Below are positions 25,686-34,772 of a stretch of DNA of 64,000 bases, in pieces. The first letter of the stretch is position 1. Every line of letters begins with the position of its first letter. Source of the stretch: Candidatus Tagabacteria bacterium (GTDB taxonomy: Bacteria; Patescibacteriota; Minisyncoccia; GCA-002779875); contig CAWGAO010000005.1 of the NCBI GenBank assembly GCA_963820595.1, forward strand, positions 3,853 through 67,852. Direction: 5' to 3'. The notes under the pieces were generated by a model, which was given only the letters and a program-made list of their open reading frames with translations, was not told the origin of the DNA and did no database searches. The position numbers and the translations under genes are program-made.

Positions 25686-26309
25686 ATGGGAAAGAAGAAT
25701 GTAAGTTTGGTTGTTTCTGGGGCAGGGTGGCTTGCGAGTTTTGCTGATGGATTCATTATTAAGGCTCTTCGCGAGCGCGGGGTTTCGGACGAGGCAATCC
25801 ATAGCCTTGCAACCGAAGGTGACGAATTAACGATTGGCAAGATTGAGGACGCGCTTGCTGAAGTTGAACAACGGGCGAAAAATATTTTTCGTCTTATGGT
25901 CGGTGAAAACCGTACCACAGAAGAAGTGGTCAAAGCGGGGAAATATGACTGGGTCAATAATTATGTAACCGGTAGGAACTTCCCGATGAGATCAAGGGCT
26001 GGCGGTAAGGTTACGATTGAACTCGTTGATTTCGGCCGAGACATATCTTCGGAGGAAGCGATTAAGAAAGCGCGCAGGCGCGGATTTGAACGACCTTCTT
26101 ATGAAGACGCCTTGTTTTTCGGGGAGCAGTTTCCTGAGAAGCAAAGAGAACGACCGATCATTTTTCTGCACGAACCCTGGCAGGAGGACCCGGACTGTCT
26201 TCCTTTCGTGCTTGTTCTCTACGGCTGGTCCTCGCAACGCCGCCTGTACTTGTGCTGGTTTGCCGCTGAGTGGTGTCGCGACTACGTGTTTGCTTTCGTC
26301 CGCAAGTAG
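25686..26309 (+). CDS. hypothetical protein (cargo 1 at the argS/dedA junction)
   Basis: 207-aa ORF with a strong SD. Visibly GC-richer than its neighbours. Has its own promoter and terminator. Confidence 0.45.
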   Translation: MGKKNVSLVVSGAGWLASFADGFIIKALRERGVSDEAIHSLATEGDELTIGKIEDALAEVEQRAKNIFRLMVGENRTTEEVVKAGKYDWVNNYVTGRNFPMRSRAGGKVTIELVDFGRDISSEEAIKKARRRGFERPSYEDALFFGEQFPEKQRERPIIFLHEPWQEDPDCLPFVLVLYGWSSQRRLYLCWFAAEWCRDYVFAFVRK

Positions 26310-26315
26310 CAACTT

Positions 26316-26366
26316 GGGACCCTGGATTCCTTTTTTCTTGGGAATCCTTGGTCCCTTGAATTTTTT
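26316..26366 (+). terminator. terminator-like hairpin
   Basis: GGGACCCTGGATTCC-ttttttctt-GGGAATCCTTGGTCCC followed by TTGAATTTTTT. Confidence 0.55.
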
Positions 26367-26388
26367 GCCCCTTGGTTTTTAGCGAGGG

Positions 26389-26448
26389 TTTTTTTATTTT
26401 TAAATGTCGTTTGGAAACTAAGTCTCCAATTTATTTTTTCGTCAGATG
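26389..26448 (-). pseudogene. decayed duplicate of the dedA 3' end plus its downstream sequence
   Basis: About 85% identical to 27064-27122 (TTTTTTATTTTTAAAT[G/C]TCGTTTGGAAACTAAG[T/C]CTCC...). The remnant has an in-frame stop. Confidence 0.8.
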
Positions 26449-26452
26449 GTCC

Positions 26453-26484
26453 TTGATGGGCATTTCCGCTCCGGAGAAGATGTA
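26453..26484 (+). repeat. 32-bp direct repeat, copy 2 (orphan argS 3' end)
   Basis: TTGATGGGCATTTCCGCTCCGGAGAAGATGTA. 31/32 identical to 25477-25508. It ends in TAA where the native copy has TAG. Confidence 0.95.
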
Positions 26485-26508
26485 AGGAGGGGTTTTTATA
26501 ATTTGAAG

Positions 26509-26537
26509 TTGACAGGTAGCACTATATACGCTACTCT
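26509..26537 (+). promoter_or_regulatory. candidate promoter
   Basis: TTGACA-17 nt-TACTCT. The same -10 hexamer occurs at 44809-44814. Confidence 0.5.
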
Positions 26538-26569
26538 GGTTTTAGATTAAAACTCCTAAGGAGGTAACT

Positions 26570-27013
26570 ATGGGCAGTAAACCCAAGCAAATACAAAATT
26601 CAAAAGGCGTACAAATGCATTTTGCTGTCGGGGCGGTGATTGAAGTCGCCGGAAAATATTTATTGATTGACCGCGACATGGAGCCATTCGGCTTTGCCGG
26701 AATTGCCGGTCATATTGACGAAGGAGAAACTCCCGAAGAAGCACTTTTCCGCAAAGTAAAAGAAGAGAGCGGCTTAAAAATTGAAAGCTATTCCTTGCTT
26801 TTTGAAGAAGAAGTTGAATGGAATTGGTGCAGAGTAGGAATCCAATCTCACTATTGGTATATGTATAAATGCGAAGTTGAAGGGAAGGCGCAAAATAATC
26901 CGGAAGCATCTAAGTCTATCGGATGGCATACTACGGAGGAGATTAGAACATTAAAAATGGAGCCGGTATGGAAATACTGGTTTGAAAAACTAGGCATTTT
27001 AACAAAAACGTAA
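26570..27013 (+). CDS. NUDIX hydrolase (cargo 2 at the argS/dedA junction)
   Basis: Nudix box GHIDEGETPEEALFRKVKEESGL (GX5EX7REUXEEXGU). AAGGAGG SD. Confidence 0.85.
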   Translation: MGSKPKQIQNSKGVQMHFAVGAVIEVAGKYLLIDRDMEPFGFAGIAGHIDEGETPEEALFRKVKEESGLKIESYSLLFEEEVEWNWCRVGIQSHYWYMYKCEVEGKAQNNPEASKSIGWHTTEEIRTLKMEPVWKYWFEKLGILTKT

Positions 27014-27040
27014 AACCTTTTATTTTAAGTTTGCATTATA

Positions 27041-27070
27041 ATCCGTTGGCACATCGCAACGGATTTTTTA
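27041..27070. terminator. bidirectional rho-independent terminator
   Basis: ATCCGTTG-gcacatcg-CAACGGAT followed by T6. Confidence 0.75.
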
Positions 27071-27091
27071 TTTTTAAATCTCGTTTGGAAA

Positions 27092-27747
27092 CTAAGCCTC
27101 CGAGTTGTTTTTTTGTCGGATGCCCCGCAGAAATTCAATAATAGCGGGCAGGATTGAAATGATAATGATAGCGAAAATAACCAAAGAAAAATTTTGTTTG
27201 ATTAGCGGAATATTTCCGAAATAATATCCGCCGAAAATGAAAAGCGCCGGCCAGGTTATGCCGCCAATAATATTGTAGCTGATGAAACGCCAATAACTCA
27301 TTTGTCCGATGCCCGCGACAAACGGCGCGAAAGTGCGGATAATAGGAATGAAGCGGGCGATAATAATCGTTTTTCCGCCGTGTTTTTCATAAAATTGATG
27401 GGTGCGCTCCAGATATTTCTTATTTAAAAAACGGAGATTTTCTTCTGTGAGAATATTTTCGGGCCGACAAAACGGCCTAGCCAATAATTTACAGTGTCGC
27501 CCAAAACAGCCGCGAGAGCCAAAATAATGAAAAGCCAAACTACATTGAAAGAGCCGACGGCCGCGAAAGCGCCGGCGGCAAAAAGGATGGAATCGCCCGG
27601 CAGAAACGGAATTACAACCAGTCCGGTTTCGCAGAAAATAATCAGAAAAAGAAGCGAATAAGTCCAAGCCCCGTATATTTGAATAATCGCGCCCAAGTGT
27701 TTGTCGAGATGGAGTGCAAAACTGATAATCGTTTTTATTAAATCCAT
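27092..27747 (-). pseudogene. dedA: DedA family membrane protein, one frameshift near 27435
   Basis: The N-terminal fragment 27424-27747 (..[22 protein letters not shown]..) and the C-terminal fragment ([35 protein letters not shown]..) are in different frames. Confidence 0.8.
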
Positions 27748-27833
27748 TATTTCAAGATTATCACAATGCGCGCGAAAGGAAAAACAAAAAAGGTATTCTA
27801 GTTGCGAGAATTAATAAAGGTGATAACCTGAAA

Positions 27834-28211
27834 ATGAAAAGGTCTTTTGAAAAATCCAAAAATAAGGCGGTAAAAATGGAAAATATTCAGAAAGCCAGAG
27901 AATTGGTTGAACGAAAAAAAGAATTGATAAAAAGAAATACAAAATTATTTTTAGAAAACAGAGTTTATGCCGGAGCCGACGGTAATCCGGAAGAATACGA
28001 GGAAAAACTTCAGGAGTTAATAAAAGAGTCAAAAAGGATTTCTGTAGAACGGATTAAAATAGTGGAAGAAGCCAGGCAGATTTTAAAGATTTTGGAAGAG
28101 GAATTTTTTACCGTGGTTCGTGAAGAAGGCGAGAAGGCGCAGGAAGAAATAAGAAACGCAATAATAGAGAGAACCACTAAAAACTCGGAAGAAAAGGAAC
28201 TCCCCAGTTGA
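27834..28211 (+). CDS. hypothetical Lys/Glu-rich coiled-coil protein
   Basis: 125-aa ORF followed by a clean terminator. An alternative start is at 27876. Confidence 0.35.
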   Translation: MKRSFEKSKNKAVKMENIQKARELVERKKELIKRNTKLFLENRVYAGADGNPEEYEEKLQELIKESKRISVERIKIVEEARQILKILEEEFFTVVREEGEKAQEEIRNAIIERTTKNSEEKELPS

Positions 28212-28214
28212 GAG

Positions 28215-28247
28215 AAAGTCCGTTTGAAAAACTTGAACGGACTTTTT
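28215..28247 (+). terminator. rho-independent terminator
   Basis: AAAGTCCGTT-tgaaaaacttg-AACGGACTTT followed by TT. Confidence 0.7.
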
Positions 28248-28253
28248 AATTTT

Positions 28254-28483
28254 CCAAAAATTAAGAAAGTCGCTTTTATGCGACCGACTATAATTTTTGA
28301 GAACCCCGCTCTAATTTTGCCGTAGATGTTTCAATAAAGGTTTAACAAATCTAAAAAGGCCGAGTTGTTCTCATGGCGCAGAGCCGAAATAGGCCGAGCG
28401 AAGCGAGTGCGCCACCGTAGCAATATTTCGCAAAATTAGGGCGGGGTTGAAAGGGCTGTTAAATTAAGTACTATTAACATTAT
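28254..28483 (+). repeat. modular palindromic intergenic element, copy F (upstream of ileS)
   Basis: M-like CCAAAAATTAAGAAAGTCGCttttatGCGACCGACTATAATTTTTGAG. Stem is AACCCCGCTCTAATTTTGC (28301-28320) paired with GCAAAATTAGGGCGGGGTT (28430-28448). The tail runs to ATG 28484. Confidence 0.85.
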
Positions 28484-31400
28484 ATGCAAGGAAAGGAGGA
28501 AAAATTAAGTTTTCCCGAGCGGGAAGAGAAGATTTTGGAGTTCTGGAAAAAGAACAAGATTTTTGAAAAATCCGTTGAGCAGAGGAAGGGCGAAAAAGAA
28601 ATTCGTTTTTTACGAAGGCCCGCCGACGGCCAACGGCCAGCCAGGCATTCACAGCATGGAAGCGCGTGTTTTTAAAGATATTGTTTTGCGCTATAAAGCA
28701 ATGCGGGGATTTTATTGCAAGCGAAAAGCCGGCTGGGACACCCACGGTTTGCCCGTAGAAATCCAGGTTGAAAAAGAACTTGGTTTAAAAAATAAAAAAG
28801 AAATTGAGGAATATGGCATTGAAAAATTTATAGAGAAATGCAAGGAAAGCGTTTGGCGTTACAGGAATGAGTGGGAAAATACTGACATACCGGATGGCTT
28901 ACTGGCTGGATATGAAAAACGCTTACGCGACAATGACGAACGATTACATCGAAACTCTTTGGTGGATTTTCAAAGAGATCGACAAGCGAAAATTGCTTTA
29001 CGAGGATTATAAAATCGTTCCTTGGTGTCCGCGTTGCGGAACCGCTCTTTCTTCGCACGAGGTCAGCCAGGGTTATCGCAAAATAAAAGAAGATTCCGTT
29101 TATATAAAATTTCCCGTGAAAGGAAGACCGAATACTTATTTTTTGGTTTGGACAACTACGCCCTGGACATTGCCGTCCAATGTTGCTTTGGCGATAAATC
29201 CCAAAATAACGTATACCATAATCGAAAAAGACGGACGAGCGCTTGATTTTGGCGAAAAATCGCCTTTCCGTTATCGATGGTGAATACAGGATTGGCGAAG
29301 AAAAACCGGGAACTGATTTAATCGGCAGAGAGTATGACCCCTTATACTCGCGGAGCGCTTAACCCAGACCAAGTCGAGGGGCTTATAAAATTTATGCCGC
29401 GGATTTTGTTTCCGCTGACGACGGCACGGGTATTGTCCATATTGCTCCGGCTTTCGGCGAAGACGATATGAAACTGGGCAAAGCGAATAATCTCCCGGTT
29501 TTAAGTCTTGTCGACGAAGAAGGAAAAATGCTGACGCCGAATTACAAATGGAACGGAATGTTTATCAAAGACGCCGACCCGTTGATTGTCGAAGATTTGC
29601 GCCAAAGAAATCTTCTTTATAAAACCGAAAGCTACGAGCATGATTATCCTTTTTGCTGGCGCTGCGACAGTCCTTTGATGTATTATGCCAAAACTTCCTG
29701 GTGGCTGAAGACAACAGGCGTAAAACAGCAGATGATTAAGGAAAATAAAAAAATTCACTGGCACCCGGATTATTTGAAAGACGGCCGTTTCGGCGAATGG
29801 CTGAACGAGTTGCGGGATTGGGCGATTTCGCGCGAGCGTTATTGGGGAACGCCGCTTCCGATATGGCGATGTCCTGATTGCAAGCGTTACGAAGTTATCG
29901 GCTCAAGAGAAGAGTTGAAGAAAAAAACCGTGAAATCGGGAAACAATTATTTTTTGATGAGGCATGGATTTTCGGAAGCCAATCAGAAAAATATCAATAA
30001 TTCAAATATCGAAACAAATCATTACAAACTGACTCCAAAAGGCAAAAAAGAAGTTTTGAAAGCGGCCCAAAAATTGAAAGAAGCAAAAAATAGATTTGAT
30101 TTTCTCCTCCGATTTTTTGAGAACAAAGGAAACGGCGCTGTTGGCGGCTGAAACTTTGGGCATTCCAGAAAAGGATGTTGTTTTTGACGAACGATTGCGC
30201 GAAATAAATACGGGAATTTTCGACGGAAAATCCCGCGCCGAATATCACAAATATTTTTCTTCGCTTCTGGAAAAATTCACCAAAACCCCGCCTCAAGGCG
30301 AAAATTTAACCGAATTGAAAAATCGCATCACGCAGTTTTTGTATGAAATAGAAAATAAGTACAAAGGTAAAAACATTTTGATTGTCAGCCATGAATATCC
30401 GATTTGGATGTTAACTGCGGGAGCAAAAGGAATGACTAACGAGGAAGCGGTGGCGACTAAAGGGGAAAAAAGACGATTTTATTAAAACAGCCGAAGTTAT
30501 GAAACTGGATTTTACGCCTTTGCCTCATGACAAGAATTTTGTTTTGGATTTTCACCGGCCATATATAGATAAAATCATATTGAAATGCGACAAATGCGGC
30601 GGCGACATGATTCGCATTAAAGATGTTTGTGATGTTTGGTTTGATTCCGGTTCGATGCCGTTCGCCCAAAATCACTTTCCATTTTCTATCCCTAAAAAAA
30701 ATTTACTCTATCCGGCGGACTATATTTGTGAAGCGATTGACCAGACAAGAGGGTGGTTTTATACGCTGCTTGCGGTTGCGATTTTGTTGGGACGAAAAGC
30801 GCCTTATAAAAACGTGCTTTCTTTGGGTTTGGTTTTGGACGCCGAGGGGCAAAAAATGTCAAAATCGCGCGGCAACGTGGTGGTGCCAGGAGAATTGATG
30901 AACAAATACGGCGCCGATGCGGTGCGCTGGTATTTTTATACCATCAATCAGCCGTGGGACGAAAAATTATTTAAAGAGGAGGATGTCCAGGCGGCTTTGC
31001 GAAGATTTATTTTGATTTTTTGGAATTGCTTTTCCTATTGGAAAATGTACGCGGGTAAAAATTTTAAAATCAATCCGCCAGCTGGCGGACCCAAATTGGT
31101 TATCAATAAATGGCTGCTGGCGAAATTTAATCAAATTGCCTTAGAAGTTCCCAAATTACTCGATAATTACGATATCGTTTCAGCGGCGCGGTTGATAGAA
31201 GATTTTGTAATTGAAGATATCTCTCATTGGTATATTCGCCGCATGCGCGGAAATAACTGAAAAATTCCGGTTCCCGAGAAGCCAAAGAAATAAATGCGGT
31301 TTTGGGCCAAGTGATTATGGACACAGCAAAATTACTTGCGCCGTTTATGCCTTTTGTTTCAGAAACGGTTTACCGGGAAACGGGCGGGAAAAAGAAAAGC

Positions 31401-31947
31401 ATTCATTTGGAGAATTTCCCGACGGTCCAAAAATCCTGACGGTAAAAGAAAAACAGCTTTTAAAGAAAATGGAGAAGCGTGAGAGATGACGTTTCCCAGA
31501 GCATTGGAGGTAAGGGCAAGAGCGGGGATAAAAGTGAGACAGCCGTTGTCGGAAATGGCTACCAAAATCAAAAATCCTAAAATTGAAAACTGGGCAAGAG
31601 ATTATTAGATTGACGAGGAGAGGCGAATTTCAAAAAGATCGTTTTCGACAAGAATTTAAAGATGAAATAAAAATTAACACCGATGATCACTGAAGAATTG
31701 AAAGAAGAAGGAATTTTGCGGGATTTAATCCGTCAATTTCAGGATATCCGCAAAAAAGAAGGCCGTAAGCCCAATGAAATGCTGATTTTTTACGTTGCCG
31801 TCGATGTGAAAGGAAAAGAATTTTTGATTAAATATGCAAAAGAATCTGAAAAAGGCGATTAGCGCGAAATCCATCGTGGTCCGCGCCAACATTGAAGATG
31901 GATACGAAGTCAAAGCGGGAGAATTGAATTTTAAGGTCAAATTATGA
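28484..31947 (+). pseudogene. ileS: isoleucyl-tRNA synthetase with an inserted histidine-phosphatase domain, at least 7 frameshifts
   Basis: Fragments are 28484 ([21 protein letters not shown]), 28563-29012 ([12 protein letters not shown]), 28867-29283, 29468-30151, 30096-30485 and 30499-31260 (KMSKSRGN). The tail pieces end at TGA 31945-31947. Confidence 0.9.
29925..30495 (+). other. histidine phosphatase (PGAM-superfamily) domain embedded in ileS
   Basis: [12 protein letters not shown] (RHGxxxxN), [24 protein letters not shown] and LIVSHEYPI. It lies between the IleRS motifs [18 protein letters not shown] and DFHRPYIDKIILKCDKCGG. Confidence 0.75.
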
Positions 31948-32686
31948 ACTTTTTCGAAGATATCAAAAAGCAGATAGAGCAGGATAAACTATTTTTAATC
32001 GCTTATTACGGGGCTTCGACGACCAGCGCGGAGTATTGTTTTCCGAATTGGGGAGAAATAATCAGATATGTTTTGAAAGACACCTTGGAAGAGAGTATGG
32101 GTGTTTACAAAAAGGCGTACTGGGATTTACAGACGATGAATATTGGGCTCAATGGCGCCTTTTCCGCAGATTTACTGGAAAGATTTGATTTTTGGGTTTT
32201 GGACAAAAATCCAAACTTGATTTTTTTAAACGTGGGCAAAAATGACCCTTATCACAATATAGACAAAGAAATTATCGAGAAAAATACTAAAACAATAATT
32301 GAAAAAGCCCTGGAAAAGAACATAAAAGTAGTTTTTACCAATAATATCCCGTCATTGCGAGATGATTTAAATAAAAAGAGTTATTGATTATACCAAAGTA
32401 GACCAAGAAGTCGCGGAATATTTTAACGGGAATAAAAATTTTATTTTTGTTGATTTGTTCAATATTTTCCCAAAAGAGTTGATAAAGAGATCTTATACGC
32501 TTATTGCAGAAGAAAATAAGGATGTCGGAGTTAAAGAAGGGAGAAATAGATCCCATACATTATAACAGATACGGGAACGCGATAGTGGCAAAGATTTTAC
32601 TGAAAAAAGTTTTCAGCGTAGATTTTGATGAAGAAAAATTTTTAGAAGATTTGGCAAATCCGATCGTGAAATGGCCGCGTTATTAA
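31944..32686 (+). pseudogene. SGNH/GDSL-like hydrolase, frameshifted
   Basis: The N-terminal part is 31944-32387 (LIAYYGASTT.., NVGKNDP). The C-terminal part is 32504-32686 and carries a DPIHYN (DxxH) motif. The segments between are in another frame. Confidence 0.5.
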
Positions 32687-32713
32687 CGCATGATATATCG
32701 TGATATTTAATCT

Positions 32714-33313
32714 ATGAAACGCGTTTTTATAATTCACGGCTGGGGGAAACATCCGGAAGAAGGATGGTATCCATGGCTCAAAAAAGAATTAGAAAAAAAC
32801 GGCTTTGAAGTTTTTGTTCCGGCAATGCCGAATACGGATGAACCGAAAATTAATGAATGGGTAGATTTTCTCTCAAATTTAGTCGGCGAACCGGATGAAA
32901 ATACTTATTTTGTTGGGCATAGCATAGGTTGCCAAGCGATTTTACGCTATTTGGAAAAAGTAATGAATAAAAAAGTTGGCGGCGCGATATTCGTATCAGG
33001 ATGGTTTAATTTGAGCGAGTATTCTTTTAAGGAAGACCCACTAAATGAGGAAGAATCGAGAAATATCGCCAAACCTTGGTTAGAAACGCCTATAAATTTT
33101 GAAGAAGTAAAAAAGACCACGAATAATTTTGTTGCTATTTTTTCCGATAGTGATCCTTATGTGCCGATTGAAGATAAAAATATTTTTAAAGAAAAATTAG
33201 GCGCAGAAATTATTATCGAACACAATAAAGGGCATTTCGATAGCAGCGACGGTGTAATAGAATTACCCAGCGCCCTTAATTCATTATTTAAAATGAGTAC
33301 AAGAAAAACTTAG
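32714..33313 (+). CDS. alpha/beta hydrolase (YdeN/RBBP9-like serine hydrolase)
   Basis: VFIIHGWG.., nucleophile elbow GHSIGC, and a C-terminal GHF motif. Confidence 0.7.
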   Translation: MKRVFIIHGWGKHPEEGWYPWLKKELEKNGFEVFVPAMPNTDEPKINEWVDFLSNLVGEPDENTYFVGHSIGCQAILRYLEKVMNKKVGGAIFVSGWFNLSEYSFKEDPLNEEESRNIAKPWLETPINFEEVKKTTNNFVAIFSDSDPYVPIEDKNIFKEKLGAEIIIEHNKGHFDSSDGVIELPSALNSLFKMSTRKT

Positions 33314-33314
33314 G

Positions 33315-33986
33315 ATGATGATAAAAAATAACAAAGAAAAAAATATTTTTGTTTTTGGAGATAGCTGCGTGCAGGGATTTTGGGACAGCCGAGGCGGTTG
33401 GGCTACAAGACTCAAACAATATTTTGATGCTTTAATGGTTTCAGCCCCTAAATTTCCTCACCACGGTTTTTATTATATGGTTTATCCTCTTGGTATAACT
33501 GATGATACTACTAGAAGCATTCTGGAAAGATTTGAGTTTGAAGTGGAAAAAAGAATGGTGTGGGGAACTACTGAAGAAATACTTATTTTTTCTATAGGCG
33601 GAAATGATACAGCTATTTTAGATATGAACGAATTCAGAAGGAATATCAGGGACATAATTAAGCGCGCGAAGAGATTTTCGGATGAAATAGCTTTTTTGGA
33701 GATTGAACCAGTTGATGAAAAATTTACTCAGCCCGTCCCGTGGGATAGTAGATTTTATTACAATAATAAAAAGATCGCCGAATTCAACAAACTTCTTAAC
33801 GAATTAGCAGAGGAAAATAATATTAAAATAATCGGGCTTTTTGAAGAATGGAAGAAAATTAATTATACCAAACTGCTTGCCGATGGAGTACATCCGAATG
33901 ACGCAGGGCATGAGTATATTTTTGAAAAAGTTAAAAGTTTCCTGATTAAAAATTATTTTAAAAATTTCAAAATAAAAAATATTTAA
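33315..33986 (+). CDS. SGNH/GDSL family hydrolase
   Basis: Block I FVFGDSCVQG, GGND, and block V DGVHPNDAGH. Confidence 0.7.
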   Translation: MMIKNNKEKNIFVFGDSCVQGFWDSRGGWATRLKQYFDALMVSAPKFPHHGFYYMVYPLGITDDTTRSILERFEFEVEKRMVWGTTEEILIFSIGGNDTAILDMNEFRRNIRDIIKRAKRFSDEIAFLEIEPVDEKFTQPVPWDSRFYYNNKKIAEFNKLLNELAEENNIKIIGLFEEWKKINYTKLLADGVHPNDAGHEYIFEKVKSFLIKNYFKNFKIKNI

Positions 33987-33987
33987 A

Positions 33988-34560
33988 GTGTCTTATCATA
34001 TTTATCAAACCGAGGGGATCATTCTCGGAAAAAATGATGTCGGCGAAGCGGACCGCCGTTTCAGTATTTTGACGGCTGAATTCGGCCGGATAGACGCGGC
34101 GGCGCAAGGCGTGCGTTATCTCAAATCCAAACTTCGCTATAGTCTCGATATTTTCGTCCATGCGAGATTGGGGCTCGTAATGACGAGGGAAGATTCTTGG
34201 CGAATCGTTGATGCCGAAGAATTAAACAGCTGGTCGCAAATTCGCGCGAATCCCGAAAAATTGGCCGCGGCTTTCCGGATTGCCGATTTAATCAATCGGA
34301 TGGTGCGAGGCCAGGAATCTGATGCCGTCCTTTGGGAGGAGGTTAAAAAATCTTTTATTTTTTTGGAGCAAGCCAAAGATTCGGATGACAAAAAAATATT
34401 GCAGGCTTTCGAACTGCTGACGCAGTTGAAAATTCTTTCCCATTTGGGATATGTGGCCGAACAAGATAAATGGCTGAATATGCCGCTTGAAGAGGCTCAA
34501 AAAAAAGAATCTTTGATGGTATCCACAATCAACAAAGCCATCGAAGAAAGTCAGCTTTAG
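33988..34560 (+). CDS. recO: DNA repair protein RecO (short form, GTG start)
   Basis: YQTEGIILGKNDVGEADRRFSILTAEFGRIDAAAQGVR is typical of the RecO N-terminal OB fold. Confidence 0.8.
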   Translation: MSYHIYQTEGIILGKNDVGEADRRFSILTAEFGRIDAAAQGVRYLKSKLRYSLDIFVHARLGLVMTREDSWRIVDAEELNSWSQIRANPEKLAAAFRIADLINRMVRGQESDAVLWEEVKKSFIFLEQAKDSDDKKILQAFELLTQLKILSHLGYVAEQDKWLNMPLEEAQKKESLMVSTINKAIEESQL

Positions 34561-34772
34561 AAAAATAATGAGCCCTGCCTGCCGGCAGGCAGGGAAGCGA
34601 CTATATTTTTCTTAACCCCCATCTTTTACACCCGACCATTTTAAGGTTAATATTAAAGATATTCTATGATGCAAACTTTTATGCAAACTTCAATGTTGTA
34701 TATATTCTGGTCGGTGTTAAAAGAGGGGGTGATAATTTTATAAAATTCACTTCGTTCGCTAGTAAAATTATC
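34561..34772 (+). repeat. modular palindromic intergenic element, copy C
   Basis: M is AAAAATAATGAGC-CCTGCCTGCCGGCAGGCAGG-GAAGCGACTATATTTTTC. Stem is CCCCCATCTTTTACACCCGACCA (34616-34638) paired with TGGTCGGTGTTAAAAGAGGGGG (34708-34729). M' runs to ATG 34773. Confidence 0.9.

Noticed and set aside
28301-28448. T-box or other known riboswitch upstream of ileS (and similarly upstream of thrS at 62217-62400)
   Set aside because: No specifier-loop or T-box (AAnnnGGGTGGTACCGCG-like) sequence occurs in the sense orientation. The structure belongs to the dispersed palindromic element family shared with unrelated genes.
5921-31947. Alternative genetic code (UGA as sense) as the explanation for the broken genes
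   Set aside because: The interruptions require +/-1 frame changes, not stop-codon read-through. Intact genes such as polX and ileS terminate at TGA at sensible lengths.
5789-34593. Possible CRISPR array formed by the repeated palindrome CCTGCCTGCCGGCAGGCAGG and other GC hairpins
   Set aside because: There are only three copies, 10-19 kb apart, in different orientations and embedded in larger elements. There is no regular repeat-spacer periodicity and no cas genes.
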